Assembly: GCA_043228905.1 (NCBI GenBank)
Contig: JBHGNT010000005.1
Location: forward strand, 23,870,001 to 23,934,000
From: Azolla caroliniana
Taxonomy: Eukaryota > Plantae > Polypodiophyta
DNA: 64,000 nt
Direction: 5' to 3'
Part shown: in pieces, positions 47,085 to 63,500 of the stretch
How the letters are laid out: every line of letters begins with the position of its first letter
How positions within the stretch are numbered: the first letter of the stretch is position 1
Program-made: the position numbers and the translations under genes
The notes under the pieces: model-generated
Seen by the model: the letters and a program-made list of their open reading frames with translations, nothing else
Told to the model about the DNA's origin: nothing
The model's database searches: none

Positions 47085-49150
47085 TTGTTGCTTTATTGAC
47101 TTCAAGAAAGCTTTTGATATGGTACCTCGTGACCATCTTTGGAGGCGAATGGAAGAACTTGAGGTGCCAAGTGAATATATGCTTGCAATTTCCCGAATTT
47201 ATGAGAAGGTTATATGTTGTGTGCGTATGAGAGATAAACACTCAGATTTTTTTAATACCACTATTGGTGTTAAGCAAGGATGCCCACTCTCACCAACACT
47301 ATTTGGTCTATGCATTGATGAATTGGAAGAAATGGTTACCAAGTTTGCAAAGGAAGAATGTGTTGAAGAAGTGGTCATTGGGAATGTTGTGATTATGCTT
47401 TTGCTATATGCGGATGATGTAGTGCTTTTTGCAAATACTTTAGGAGATACACAAAAGCTTATGAAGGCATTGGAAAAAATTTGCATGCATACTAAATTAA
47501 GTGTCAATAGCTCTAAAATAAAGATTATGCTTGTGAAGATCCCAAAAAAAAATAAACCATGCATTATGTACAACAATGAGCCACTTGGATGTGTGGAAAG
47601 CTTCAAATATCTTGGCCTTGAAGTTCCTTCAAATCATAGATGGAATGAATGTGCTAGACGCCACTCAGAGGCGGGTAAACGAACATATTATGCATTTGAG
47701 AACACGTGCAATCTTGGAGATATTAAGTGTTGGGTCCTCAAGAAATATCTTTTTGACACTTTGGTAACACCAGGTTTTCTCTATGGGGTAGAAGTATGGG
47801 GCGGTAGCATCCCTAAATCTATGTGGAAAGAGTTTGAAAATGTCCAAAAACATTTTCTTACAAAGTTTCTATAAGTTAAGAAACAAACGCTTGTCACGGA
47901 CAGGTAGACCAGGATAGGGATAAGTAGGCGAGCTAAATATTAAGAGAGAGCGAAAGATAGATATATAAATAGAGAGAGCATAGAGAAGAGAACAAGAGAG
48001 AGAGAAGGTAGACAAAAGAGCAAGAACTAAATTATGCTTCGGTAACTGGTGTTGTTCACCTTGATTGTAATCAAGGTGCACCGAAATATTTATACAAGAA
48101 TGTGGTGATATGCATGCAAGCTATAGAAACATCTAGAGAGTGCATGGAAACTTCTAGAGAGTGCATGAAGATGCATTCTCTAGAAGTTTCTTGAAAGTTC
48201 TAGTGATTAACATAGAATGTAATAAGTTGAAACGTATACAATATATAATGCATAGATGGATATAGCTCAATTGGTAAGGTTGCCCAATAAGACCAGGAGG
48301 TCATGGGTTCAACCACCTACATTCCATTGTGTCTATGACAACGCCCTACACCCTCCTCCTTGAGACGAGATCGCTTCCCATTGAGATCATAGCCATGGAA
48401 AGGGTTGTTGAATACATGCTTAAGGTTCAAAAAAGTCCCTCACATCAACTTCCTAGAATTGCATGGGAAGCAAGAAAAAAGACACATAAAAGCAAAATTT
48501 TGTGTTCTGGTTAGATGCAAGATATAGAAAAATGGTTTGGTAGATGGGATGCGAGACACTTGTTTCATGATGCATCACTAGATTTCTCTATAAATGAGGC
48601 CTTTTGCAACACCAATGTATCATGACATGGGACAAATGTGGAGGCTCACGCTTCACACATTATACTACACATGTTGCACCTAACTACAAAACCATATTCT
48701 TTGCGGAACAGGGAAATCGTACACATCCATACATGTTAGAGCCCATACCGTTATCTGCCATTCGAACCATTGCTTCCATGCGACTTAGCTCACATGCATT
48801 GCAATGTGAAACATGGCGTTGGGGCACAAATGATGAGAGTGGTCAGCTATGCACACTTTGCCCTAAACAAGTTCGCAAGTCTGAGTATCACACTTTGATA
48901 CAATGCTCTGCCTTTGAACATATTCGACCATGCTTTCCACATCTCTTCGATCGAGCCCAATCTTTGCATGAATTCCTATCACAACCACAATGTGCACTCT
49001 CGATTGCAACATTCATTGGTAAAGTTCTTGAACATCGAGAGTCACTACTCACTTTCACACGTATCACGTGAAATGTAATATTTTTGGTCTCATATGTCAT
49101 ATTTGACTTCTAGAGACGATAATATAATCAATCTATCTCTCTCTCTTTTT
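47085..49150 (+). mobile_element. Same RTE-X-like LINE in copy 2, without the chromovirus
   Basis: ORFs 47026-47874, 48329-48514 and 48604-49071; the C-terminal ORF reads straight through the empty site (HIRPCFPHLF). Confidence 0.85.
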
Positions 49151-49353
49151 ATTGTAATTAGCTTACCCTATTGGTAAATTGTTACCCTACAAGTCAGTAT
49201 GTCTTAGGTTTGAAACCCAATTTTACTCACCTCTCTATTATGTACTCCATACATATGTCTTAATTCACTAGATGTCACTGTGGAATGTAGGGGTTGAACC
49301 CATGACCACCTAGTCTCCATTGGGCAACCTTACCAACTGAGCTACATCCATCT

Positions 49354-49390
<37 letters not shown>

Positions 49391-52300
49391 AAATAATGAC
49401 TTTCATTATGAAAGAAAAAAACACCACCATGACTAACTTACTACAAAGTATAAAACCCTTCTATCAAGGAATCTAAAGAATACTATGACACCAAACTCAA
49501 TGCCACCCTACACACCAATTCAAATGGCGAGTATGATGATATGTGACCTTGCAGAGTTCTCTCTCTTCCTGGTTGAGATTTCGTGAGTTCTCTAGCACTG
49601 TCAATTGCCACAAAAGAAGTCCTTTTAACTTTAGAACATATTTTCTCACCCCAACTTGCGAATAAAAAATGAAGGCATTCCGCATATTCCAATTGAACCA
49701 TAGCCCCCAATACCTCAAGAACTCAAAAATAATTTGAAAATGAGGCATCGGTTCATTGTTCTCCTTATGTGCAAAAGCCCAACTGAAGGAAGATAGACTT
49801 ACTCCTGTTAGAGACATCCTGATACACCTTCAAACCATCATTTCCATCGGGCATGAAATAAATCGATGCCTACTATGTTCCAATTCCACTGAACAAAAAA
49901 AACACAATCCTTTAGTAATGTTTCTTTTTTTTAATGCATCCCCTAATGGTAAAGCTCCAACCATAACTCTCCAAATAAATACCTTGGCTCGTAGCATCAA
50001 TCGAGAACACCAACTTGCCTTGATCACATGAAACCACCAAGTAATGGGCTTATGAAAACCCCATATCTTTATAACCTTTTCTTCCAACCACTTATGTTTG
50101 TCAATCAACTTGTGATAAGCAACATTTGTTGAGATCATAGTCAATCTCTTATTTCCAACAAACCTCCAATCAAACTCTTGAGATCACCCATCTAAATCAA
50201 GAATTGGCTCATGCGAAGATAGTATTTGTTGCAACGTATCCCAAATAAAGTTATAACCTTTTGGAATACGAAATGTTGATCTTATTGTTCGAAAAGCCAT
50301 TAATCTTCTTTGTGAAACCAACATAGCATCCTTAACTGTTACCAAACACAATCTTGTCATCTGATTAAATTGAAGGTTAAGAATTTGTTTACCTTCCCAC
50401 CTCAACAACCTTGATGTTACCAAAACCTCCATTTGTAATGAATTGGCACATCCCCTTTCTTGTGGGGGATGCCATTCCACAAAATCCAACATACTTTGCC
50501 AAGATGTCAACAAATGATTAACTATCATAGACCCTGTACATTTGACATCCCTGTTAGAATTAATTACATTCTACCAATTCGCTTCAACCTTCATGTTTCC
50601 AAGACTCTCTCTCTCTATTGGTCTCACCCTTGTTGTCTTCTCGGTCTTGGTCTCGCTCACGCTTACAACAAAATGTGTTAAGTGTCATTGCATCATGCAT
50701 GAAATTTTTAACATGTCAAAAAAGTAGACATAAATGATTGCAGAAATTTGTATAATAATTATAATAAATGTCATTGCAATAAGTTTAGGAAAAAAACTAT
50801 TAGAAATAACTTTCCCCCCCCTTTGCTTTCAAATTACAAAAATATATCTTTCTTTAATGAACATTAAGACAAATTTGACCTCTATACAATAGACATTTTG
50901 TTAAGTGCGCACTTTGAATGCAAGGAAGAAGTGTGCACTTAATCCAGTTGCGCAATTAGGGGTTTTTGGAAATTTTTAGGGTTTTTTGAAATATTTTCCT
51001 TCTGTGCTTTAATCATATAATTCTTGATAAGAAAAGTGATCAATTTGCATGATATAATTTACTTGAAACGTTTCTGGTTTTAGCATATATACTCTTCATT
51101 TTCTTTCTCGATTCTAGATTACCTTCAATTTTCACCTTTTTGCTACGTTTGAGGAATACATACAATGAAAAGGCTGAATTAAAGTGTAATCCAACGATAA
51201 TCGAACCATGTCATGCACGTGATATTTTTTGCCCTTCTTTTCTTATTTTCTTTAATCAAGAATCTAATCATTGACTCGTAATCGTAAACACACACATAGA
51301 ACACATGACACACATACACATACACATACACATACATATAAACACAGAAACTCCTTTTGTTGTTTTCTTAATGTTTGGAATATAGTTTCAATTTGGTTTA
51401 ATGTAATAAAGAATCTAAATCATAGACTCGTAATCATAAACACACACACACACACGTAGAACACATGACACACATACACACAAAAACTCCTTTTGTTGTT
51501 TTCTGAATGTTTGGAACATAGTTCAATTTGGTTTAATGTAATTTCGTCATGAAACAAATGTAATTTTGTTTATCTGGATTTTGACCTCTATAAAAAGCGC
51601 ACTTAATATAATGGTGCACTTAAGTGGGCACGCACTTAACCGAATGTCTATTGTACCTCTAATAGATAAGCCATATCCTTAACCACAAGAATATTTACTT
51701 TTACTTATTATAATATCAAACTTAGATAAGTTTTCGAACTATGGATAAACCCCCTCTTTATCCACGTGCAATTTGTTTCTTCTGTTCTCTCCTCTCTTTT
51801 TCTTCCATAAATGGGTTTATATTAAATGATGGTTCACCTTGACATTTATTTGGTCTATTAATATCTCGTTATATACTAAGGATCCGTGCTTCTAGAGCGC
51901 CATGCGATTGCCATAGTTCAAAAATCTTGTTCAAGGTGGAATCAAAGAAATTTTCTATTTGTAAAAAATACAACTAAATTGGGATTGTTGTAGTAATAGG
52001 TCCTTGAATCCGCCACGATTGGGAGGATGCCATCGGATGGTCGTTATTGTGAGCCATTAAAATATAATGTTTGGCAAAGAAATAAGATGGGGTCAAACAA
52101 ATAAGCATAACATAATGTTGTGATGTAAATGTATCAATTGGCAAACATGAATCGATATCATGATCTCATATCAGTACCCCTCTAGACATATGAGATGAGG
52201 TTCAAGATTAGGTAACTATGGTAACACAAAGGTGTTTTAAAAACGATGGGGGCAACAAATGAATGTCTTTCCCTTATCTCTATATCAACTTTTTTTATGA

Positions 52301-54212
52301 CGACTTCCCGAGGCTTAACCATGTTGGTTCGCCTCATGAATAGTTTATACACAAGAAAATGTTAAAATTGAACTAAGTCTTTGTGCCCGCCCATGTGGTT
52401 TCAGTTCTTTAATTCCTATAATGAGGACCCCGAACTTCACTTAGACCTAAAGTTTAAACATGTTTTATAGTTGTATTTATGAATAATATTGTATAGTCTT
52501 GGTCATATTTGAGCTCGAATACTCAAGAACAAAGACATTAAACACTTAAGCTACCCAAATGGCTTAATCATATTGAATGTTAATATGTATACATATGAGA
52601 GATATGAGAAGATGTACACGCTTTTTTTTTTTAAAAGAAAAACAAATGATCCACAATCCTTATTTCCACCTCATTGCCTACAAAATTATGTTGGTACATT
52701 ACCCAACCTCAAGTCTTATCATTACAATGGCATACCATAAGGAGCAACCTAATTGTCAAGCCAATACCAGTCCTCTTTTTCGTAATAGACCCATGTGGCC
52801 CATCACATGGTTACTTCATTACAAATGTCTTTGGTAATGAAGGTCTCATTGTGGCCTCATTATCATGTAATGAGTATGGCATATTGGATGTACGTTTCAT
52901 AAGGGCGACCTCGAACAAAGTGGATCAAGCCCGTACGCCTACACACATAATTATGGTCATGTTTGTTTAATCGTTATGTAAGGAAAAATTGAGGTGACCA
53001 AGGGGGATAACAAAAAAAAAATTGTTAAAAAAGGATGGTGATTACACCTTCCCCTCAAAAAATGTGAAGACGATCACCAAGATCCTTACCTCAAAACAGA
53101 CACCATACGACATCTCAATATTATGTAACAAATTCCTAATATATACATGGTATGTTTATGACATGTATACGATCACATACGTATACATGTGATCACATAT
53201 GTATATATAAAAGAATCGTTAACAAAACATAAACCAACAAATGATGTAATTAAGACATGTAATCCAAGCATGTAGCCTCTACACACACATAACATCCAAA
53301 AAATAAAAGTGAACTTAATATGCAATTGAGGTATTGACCTCTTACGCATACGACACATCGCATAACAAATACATGGCAATTGAGGTATTGCGCTCATACG
53401 CATAATTGTCCTATCATACCCAAAGTTGTTAATTTTTATCTAATATCCAATTGGTCACCACGTCTATATTGTGAATATGTAGTTACAAATGAACCAGCTA
53501 AGGTTATTGGGATCAAACCTAGCACAATTCCGGATGTCAACCACTTTTGCGGCGGCGAAGTATAAATGGGTTACTATATTTCTTTTGGAGCGTGAGCCAG
53601 TTGTACTTCCGGCTACTGGACTTTCATCATCTAGGGTGCAGCACTATGTACATTTTATACGAACAAACTATGACCAATATAATATAATTGAATGATATAC
53701 ATTTTAACATATCCACTTAAACATGATCGAGAATGGGAGAAGAAAAATTGAATATAAAATTATTATTACTCATATAAATAAAAGGAAGTACCGAAGTTCC
53801 TTTGTTGACGACTTTCTGAAGCAAGCTCGAACAAACAATGATCGATCACCATTAGAAGGAAATTAACATCAACAAAGAAACATTAGGAAGTCACTTGAAT
53901 ACCATATGTTAGAGATTATTTCAAATGCAAGCATAAGATAAGGAATTAAATGAAAGAAAAACAGGAACTCAGTCACAACCGAGTCAAATGCGGGATAGGG
54001 AACACAAGCAGAAATAGAGAGAATAACATAAATGAAAGTGCATAGAATATATCGTGGAAAACCCCAACTAGGGTAAAAGCCACGGGTGTCCATAGACACT
54101 GAACAAATCAGTATGAGAGAAATATACAATGAACAAGCACACACATGCACCGACCTGAGCTTGCACACTTCGTTGACTGGCGGTAACAATAGAGAAGCTC
54201 TCGCTACCCCTT

Positions 54213-54268
<56 letters not shown>

Positions 54269-57200
54269 ATGGTTACTCTATTGCAGAGGCAACAACCTCG
54301 CATGTGTTCTACACAGTTACACAGACCACGCTCAACTAGACAATGAACAAGACGACTCTCTGCAACTCTTACAATGAACACAGACATCAGGTTTGATCTC
54401 GTTATCTTTATACTTAGATAACTTTTGGGCTATTTACATAACTGGCATATTAAGTAGGCTCGACTAAAAAAAAACCTATTTACATTTTCATTTGTCCTGA
54501 ATTCGCCAATCCGAAAGGGACCTAATTCTCAACAAACTCCCCCTTCACTTCGAATGGGACCTCACTAGTCCAATCTAACTCTGACATGCTTCTAGCCTTT
54601 CTTTCGACAACACCTTTGTCAACATGTCAGATCCGTTCTCCGATGTGTGGATCTTCGTCAAAGCAAACTCCCCTTCTACTACCCGCCCTCGGAGCCAATG
54701 GTATCTTCTTTGAATATGCATGGTCCTTGAGTGGTAGGCCGCATTCTTTGCAAGGTGGATGGCACTTTGGTTGTCGCAGTACAGTCTGAATTCACCTTGT
54801 CGACTCCCAGTTGTCCGACAAACTCCCTCATCCATATCATTTCCTTGCCGGCATCGACAACTACCATGTACTCAACTTCTGTGGTCGACAATGCCACGGC
54901 CTTTTGTAACCTTGACTGCCACAAGACGGCTCCCCCTGGACAAGTCATCACATACCCAGATGTGGACTGAGTGGTATCTACATCAACCGACATGTCTAAG
55001 TCGGCAAAGCCTTCTAACACGGGGTTACCTTAACCGAATTGAAGACACATGCTCGAGGTGCCTTTGAGGTACTGAAGTATCCACTTTACTATTGCCCAAT
55101 GTTCTCTTTCAGGGTTGCTCATGTATCGGTTGACGACTCCGACTACGTATCCAATGGCAAGCGTGGTACATACCATTGTGTACATCAGGCTTCCGACTGT
55201 TGCAGCATATGGCACCTTCATCATCTCAGCTTTCTTCGTCTTCGTCTTTGGACATTGTGTCGACGATAGCTTACTGTTTGTCGGAAGTGTCGAGCCGACC
55301 AATTTCCCGCTTTCCATGTTGCATCTCTAGAGCACCTTTGTCACGTATTTCTCTTATGACAGCCATAACAATTTCTAAATCCAATCTCAAACAATGTGCA
55401 TCCCCAAGATTTGTTTTGCCGGACCCATGTCTTTCATTGAGAACGACTTGCTCAAGGCCTTCTTCAACATTCGTATCTTCATCTGGTCCCGTTCAACAAT
55501 CAACATGTCGTCCACATATAGCAAGAGAATAAGACAATCTCCTCCCTCGAACTTCTTCACAAACAAACAATGGTCGGCCTGTGTTTTGTGGTACCCTTGA
55601 TCGGCCATGAAGGATTCAAACTTCCGGTACCATTGTCGGGGAGCCTGCTTCAGTCCATAAAGGGTCTTCCTCAACCGACACACTAGGTTCTCCTTTCCTT
55701 TCTCGATGAATCCTTCTGGTTGTTGCATGCAGATTTCTTCCTCTAAATCCCCATGCAGAAATGTCGTCTTGACATCCATTTGTTCGACTTCTAGATCCAT
55801 GTTGGCTGCTATGCTTAGTACTGTTCGGATGGATGTCATTTTCACCATCGGGGCAAATATTTCATCGAAATCCACCCCCTTTTTCTACTGGAAGCCCTTT
55901 ACGACGATTCAGGCTTTATATCTGGGTCGATTCCCGCCATCTCCCAGCTTCATCTTATACACCCACTTGTTTCTGAGTGCCCTCTTTCCTTTTGGCAACT
56001 CCATCAGCTCATATGTGTGGTTTTCATGCAGGGAATCCATCTCGTCCTACATGGCCCTTAGCCACTTTCTGTTGTGGGTGTCTTTCTTTGCTTCCTCAAA
56101 GCTTTCCGGCTCCCCCTCGTAGGTTAGTAGCACATATTCTTTATCTGAAAATCTTGGGGGGGGGGGGGGCGGGGGGGGGCTTCTTTCTCTTAGAGGGTAT
56201 CGTCTTCCTCTGTTTTCCTCAGTTGGCTCATTGAGATCTTCTTCTTCTCCTTCCACCGGTTCTTCATCTAGGTTGGAGTTGACTACTTCTTCATCGGATC
56301 CGACACCATGTTCGACTCCAACTCCTGATTAGCCTCTGATCGACCCGAATCCTTGTCCGAGTTCGATCAACTCTCCACGTTCTTCAGTTGATTGTCTTCC
56401 GATATTTTAGGAGGATGTGTTCGACCCCGATATGTCTCGGCTTCGAACAACCTTCTTGTCGACTAAGTCCCATAGTCGGTAGACAAATTCATCATCTCCA
56501 TAGTAGAGAAATATGCATGGTCGAGATTTTGGATCTAATTTTCTCCTTTGGTCCTTATCCACATGCACATAGGCAAGACAACCAAACACCTTTAGATGTC
56601 GGTATGACACGTTGTCGTGAAGATTTTCGACAACAGTGTGAAAATCGCATGGAACAAGGAAAATCGAGAAGGTGTAATGTGCACATGTATGAAAGGAGTG
56701 ACGGTTACACATGTATGTTAGCACGTTAATGTGCACGTGTGATGTGTGTTTAGGTGTTCATTACACAAGATATAAAAATAAACCTAGGGCCTAGTGGCAT
56801 ACAATGAGGTGCAAGTAAGGTTTTGAACCTTACGCCTCGAGGATAGGAAGCAATTGACATACCATTAGGCTAGGTTGTTTTCTTCATTATACTTTTCACA
56901 TGTAACAACTTGTACATGAGAGCTTGAATGAGAGCCATGGTCATCATGCATCACATGTGATGCATGAGCGCCAAATGGCAATCATGCATCACATGCATTT
57001 CATGCATTGTATGCATGTCTTACACCCTCCATCCATCATATGCATGGGGTCATCTATATAAAAGGAAAGGAAGGGAAAAGAAAAGGGGGAGCAATGTATC
57101 GAATGAATAATAATAATAATAAATCTTAGTTATCTCATTGGCGATGTGTCTTGTTCCTCAATTTTGAAGTCAAAGGTTCAAACCGGGAATTGGAATTCTC

Positions 57201-57428
57201 GTCTGTATCTATCTATCTTTAATATTTTCTCGTGTGCGCTAGTCCTTCCGGTCCAGAACACTAACGGTTCCGCTTCATTGTCTTGAACAATCCATTTGAT
57301 CCTCCATCACCACTTGCGGATAGAGGCCAGTGCTTGTCTGTGCACGTGTAACACGCACATCTCGACGTTTGGCACATGCGTCACGTGCTTCACGACATCT
57401 TTGTGGTGCGATAAATATTTTCTCAATA

Positions 57429-57460
<32 letters not shown>

Positions 57461-58721
57461 AGTCAACCCACACAAGCATCTTCGACAACAATAACGACCC
57501 GATTCTAAACCTAAACGACGGTCAATTCCTTACAAGCACAAGTCACCCGATTCATCCTCCTTGGTCAAAGACCCCGGTGGTCCTGTTCGACCGACCCGCA
57601 GGCGGATTTCCGCGACAACGTCTTTGCCAATTCACACTCTCTATGGGACATCATCGTCCAAGGGTGCCAAGGGTGATTTGTTTATCATGTACACCATTTT
57701 CATCAGCGCCACAACCCAAAACATCTTGGACAATTTTGCATGTGCTAGCATACTTCAAACCCTTTCCATTAATTATGGTTTGGTTCATCCTCTCTGCCAG
57801 CCCGTTAAGCTCTGGTGTCTTCGGCACGATGTATTCAAGACGGATTCCTTTCGATCAACAATACTGTTCAAACTATCCTCGGTACTCTCCTCCGTTGTCA
57901 GCTCGAACTGCCTTTAGTTGTCGGCCGGTCTCCCATTCGACTCTCACTTGGAACTCCTTGAAGACGGATAATTCTTGATCCTTCGCCTTCAAGACAGAAA
58001 CCCACAACTTCCGGCTATAGTCATCTATGAAGGTCACAAAGTATTGTGAACTGGCGTGCGACTTAGTGTCGACATAGCATACATCAGTATGCACGAGTTC
58101 CAATGGCATTCTTTTCCTTGTCGGGGTTTGGGGTTCGGGTTCGGAAGGATGTTTTGTTCTGCTTATCGACCAAGCAGTCGATGCACTTCTCCAGTTCCAC
58201 GTTCTTCACCTTCGGAATGAGGTTATCATCGCAAGTCTTCCCATCCCCTTCTAGCTCATGTGACACAACCTCTTCTGCCACAGCTCGCCGACAGTGTTGA
58301 CTGCCACGTTCGCTTCTTCTTGACATATCCGAGCATGCATCAAGTACGGAGTGCTGGTTTTCTTAGCTCAGGCCACAATCAGGCTCCCTTTGCTGAACTT
58401 CATGACTCTATTCCGGATGCTACCTGTGTAGCCTTCGTCATCTAGCCGATCGGCTGATACCAGGTTCAGTCGAACATCCTTCAGTACTAGCCGACACCCA
58501 GTCGACGTTACTAGAAACACATCACCAATGCCAACGATTCGGCATGCTCCTTCATTTCCCATCCTTACAAGACCGTGATCTCTATACCTTGTATGTGTCA
58601 GGAGCAGTACTAAGATAGAGAAGTACTGTCAAGAACAATACTAAGATAGAGAAGGAATTAGTACTAAAAGATGAAGATTAGTACTAAGGGAGGTGTAGAA
58701 CTCTCGAGAAAATGAAAGAAT

Positions 58722-58764
<43 letters not shown>

Positions 58765-60477
58765 GATAACAAAAGATATATATTATGTTAAGGGAATATA
58801 CAATAGTAGCTAGGAGGCTTAAGACTGGCGTTGAACCGATTTGGTTCAAAATAATGCCTTGTGCCTCCTTTTATAGTGTTCTCAGGAGTACTCCTTTTCT
58901 AGAATGTTCTAGAGAAATCTAGAATATACATCAATTTTCTATAGTAAAACTTAAATGAAAATAATATCTTTCGTATTATAATACATAGTCTAATGGTAAG
59001 AGCTCGACCCATGTAACATAAGGTCATGGGTTCGAGTCTTGCCATATCATGACACTATCCCTTTTTTAAAACGACGAGTGTCACGAGTCATTTTGGATTG
59101 AGGACTTGGTTTGTCTGGATATTGATCGATGGAAGTCTTCAAGAAGAGCATGAGCATTGGTCACATTCTCTATTGGTTCCCAAGTATGCTCGTTGGGACT
59201 ATATCCTAGCTAATCGACTAAATAATAGAGCTTGTTGCGAACAATCTTGGATTTGAGGATGGCAGCAACCTCGTACTCAGGTCCATCTTCAAGTTCAATC
59301 GGGGGTGGAGGTTGTGGAATCCGTCTTGGGATGGTGCTATCTTGATAGGGTTTGAGGAGAGAACTATGAAACACCGAATGTATGTGAAGTTGTGGGGGTA
59401 GATCGAGACGAAAAGCGACATCATTAATCTTTCCAATAATACTGAAAGGACCTAATCGCCGATAATCCAACTTCTCGCATGGGCGAGTAGTCTTGATGTG
59501 TCGTCGTAGTAGCCATACCTGATCTCCAATGTTAAAATTGGATGGAAGGCGATGACGATCCGCGTAAACATTGTGTGTTTGTTGAGCTTGTTATAGATGA
59601 GTAGATAAATCGGCATGTATCTTGCATAACCGCTCCAAACGATCCTCGACGCAAGTATTTGTGGGTAACTCTGGGGTTTCAAATACACACCACGGAGGGT
59701 GACAACCTGTATAAGCATAAAATGGTGTAACTTTAGTCGATGAGTGGACAGAGTTATTATGGGCAAATTCGGCGAAGTGGAGAATATCTGCACAATCATC
59801 CTGATGATAGTTTAGAAAGCACTGAGGATACTGCTCCAGCGTTTGATTTGTTCGTTCTGCTTGGCCGTCCGTTTGCGGGTGGTAGCCGGAGGAGAGGTTA
59901 CAAATGACCTTAAGCATTTTAAAAAGGTGCTTCCAGAATTTTGAGTCGAATTGGGGTTCACGGTCGCCGATGATATTATTAGGAAGGCCATGATGGCGAC
60001 ATACTTCATGCATGACAATTTCGGCAGTTTCTTCACTGGAGATTTCCTTAGTACATGGCAGGAAATGAGCCATCTTCATATATCGATCTACTACTGTTAA
60101 AATTGCATTGAATCCTCCCCTCTCTCTTCTCCCTTTTTATCCCCATCCTCCTGTCAATTTGCTTTATTCCCTGTCCCCCCCCCTGACAGAGATACGCACA
60201 ATCCCCTTAATAAATGCGTGCTGCTTAGTATTTACATCCACCGATTCATGTACAAAATATCAAGTCACGCGTCCATCCGTGTAAGAGCCGGTTTATGCGC
60301 TTTCTCTCCGATTCCGCCTATGGCCGGTTTTCTTCACGACAGCGTATTGGCTTGTACTTTATCGAACACATCGGCATAATGATTATACTTCTTTGGAAGT
60401 TGAACGATGGACTCCTCTTTAGTGGTGTTGGAGGGTTTTACTGATATTGCGAAGAGAAACATTTCTTCCTTGCGCGC

Positions 60478-60519
<42 letters not shown>

Positions 60520-63500
60520 CCTCTCTTGTTCTCGGCCGATTCCGATACGTGTCCGGAATAGCCCCGGTTTGTACCACGACCGGTGTAGTTGGACCGGAGA
60601 GGGTCGGCTTCCCAGCATCCATCTCTTCCTGGTCTGAGACCCCCGTGGTTCCGCCCTTGTACACGCACGCGCGTAATATCGCGACATCTTTGGTGAACCT
60701 GACGTGAAAGGCGGCAAGGGAGAATGGAGTTGGAAGAAGACGACTTCGCACAACTTTTTGTCGAAGGGGTGAGGGAGTTTGGACGAGCAACAACATGAAG
60801 AGAGACGCAAGTTATTAGGTGAGTCGTCGAAAGAGTCAGTCATTTCAACGGGGACAAAGTCCCATTCTACTTGGAAGCCTACAACGCAGAAATGGAGGAG
60901 CAAGATGTAGACGAGGCGTTGAGGCTGGAGTTCTTCTGTCGGATCGCGGCCCCTTGGGTATACGCAGAAGTAAAGGAGCTCAGAGAGGTCCACAGTTCGT
61001 GGGAAACTTTCGAAAGGGCGCTCTGGCGGGCACACGGCGAACCGCCAAGGAGTCGAAACTAGCGCGACTTCGACCAATGGGTAGCATCGTCCAAGACCCA
61101 CTGTGGAGCAACTAAGGCGTTCCAGGAGTTCGGGCGACGCTTTGCACGGCTCCCAAAGCGAAAACAAAGACTGGTGGGGGCAGACAAAGTCCTACTATTC
61201 GTTAGGTCGATAGACCAGGTGGAACGGAAGGTCATCGGAATCGAGCTCAAAGAAGATGATGGAGTGAATGGCCTTACGGAGGACTAGTCGAAAGTCGGAA
61301 GGCTATGCCAACGGCTAGATGATGAGCGAGCTGATAGAGCAAGGTGGAAGGCGCGCGACAGCGCGCCATCACAGCGGGAAGAGGGCGAGCGGCAAAGAGA
61401 GTCGGCAAGGATCGGCTTTGGGGCCAGGATTGCGGAGGCGTACGCAGCTCTCGAGGCAATGCTTGAGGAAGAGGAAAGATCGAGGCCGCAAGCTGACGCC
61501 GAGGAGACGGACTTGCCCCACAAGATCGCAGAAGATCGGTACGACGGTGCCATGGGAGAGGGTGCGGAGCAAGCGACCCTCTCGACTTGTGAAGGAAGAC
61601 CGGCCAAGGAGGAGGTCGGAAGCGGAGAAGAGCCCTCCATGCGGATTCCGGAGACTCCGGCAATCGAGCTTGTTTGCCGACATAAGACCACAGAGATGGA
61701 AGGCGCAAGCGAGGAGTCCTGGCACATTGCCAGCGAAGATGGGTAGGAAATGGACTACGAGAAGGTCGAGCACGGAGCCGCGGCAGAGGAGGAAATGAGA
61801 GCCGGCGCCGAGGGGAGCGGAATCGGAAGTCGAACCGACTGGGGATCGGACTGGTCGATATCCCGATTCAGGTGGAGCACGATCCATACGTGGATCGTGC
61901 GACTAGGGCAAGGTTCGGCATGAAGGTGCCGACACGGAAGAGGGTGCGGGACGAGCCGCCCTCTTTTACATGGGGAGAAAGACCAGCCGGGCGAAGGTCG
62001 GGAATCGAGAAGAAGATGATCGAGGGTACGGAACGAGTCCGGCAGGATCGGCATCGGAGCCAAAACTCCGGACATTGGAGAATCAAGCCCAGGTGAGCTT
62101 GATCAATCATAGAGCAGATGCTTTCCACCGACACCACTAAAAGGGTCGGTGGCCCCGGACGAGTTGTCGAGAGTCGTTACGAAATCGGTATCCCCACATC
62201 TTGACCGGAAACTTCGGTAGTTCGACCGGCGTGGCAACATGAGACCGAAAGAGATGGAAGATGGAGGCGGGAGCACAGCAAGGAGAGCGACGACGAGTCC
62301 GGGAGAAGTACAAGGGAAGAAGCGGAGAACGAAGACCGATCCTATGGGTCACCTCACACCGGGCTAGAGACTTCGGCGGTCGGCATCGGATCCGACGTAA
62401 GACCAAGATACTCACGGTGGCGGCAGGAGAACGGGACCCGGCCGAGAACCGGGCGGAGTGGACATCCGGATAACCGATCCAAAAGGGAGGAAGAGGCAAG
62501 CCTACGGGGAGGCCGGGAACACGATACGTCGGTACCACAGGAGAGGGTGTGGAGTGAGCCACCCTCTTGATTTGCGGAGAAAGACAACCCAGGATAAGGG
62601 TCAAAGATACAACAAACCTGAGGAGGATCCTTCACACTAGTTCTAGAGGCTCTGACGGTCGGCCCGAGAGCCGGCGTGAGACCTAGAGTGACAAACGGTG
62701 GCGGCGAGGGGACGAAGGCAAGGCTGCGGATGGGCGGTCTATGGAGATCCTCACACCGATCCAGCGGTCGGCCCGAGTGCCGGCGTGAGTCCTATAGGAG
62801 AGAACGGTGGTGGCAAGTGAACATGACCAGCAAAAGAGGCCGACGCGAAGGTCGGGACTACGGCGAGAGGAAAACGGCAAGCGGTGTTGCCGCGACCTTA
62901 CACACACCGGTTCTAGACACTCTGGCAACCAGCAACGAGAGCCGGTGTGAGACCTAGAGAGAAGAACAGTGAACCAAAGACGGCAAGGGGGTGGTCCCAT
63001 GAAGACACTCACACCGATCCGGAGACTCCGGCAACCAGCGACGACCGCCGGCATGAGACCTAGAGAGAAGGACGGTGGCGGCAGGAGAACGTGATCAGAC
63101 GACGGAAAGCAGAGCGAAAAGAGGTATGAGGCCGGCGAGGCGGCCACGAACCGGATACAGACCCGACCGGCAAAGTCAGCAAAGACAAAGATCGGACGCA
63201 CTTGGTACACGAGTCGGTGACCCAACAAGACAAAGGCCTGAGAAGGATCCTTCACACCTGCCCGGAGACCCCGGCTTTTCGGCCGATGTTGCAACGTGAG
63301 ACCGAGGGTAATGGAAGGTTGCGGCAAGGGGACGAAGGCGGCAACAACAGAGGCACCAACCAACCAAGGCATTACGTGAACGAAGGAGGCCATGCGGGCT
63401 GGGACGTGGCAAGGGTGATCTTCCAGTAAGCTACCGGGGACACCCGGTTAAGGAGCGGTGTTCCGAGCCAGAAAGGGCACACCCGAAAGCGGGACAAGAG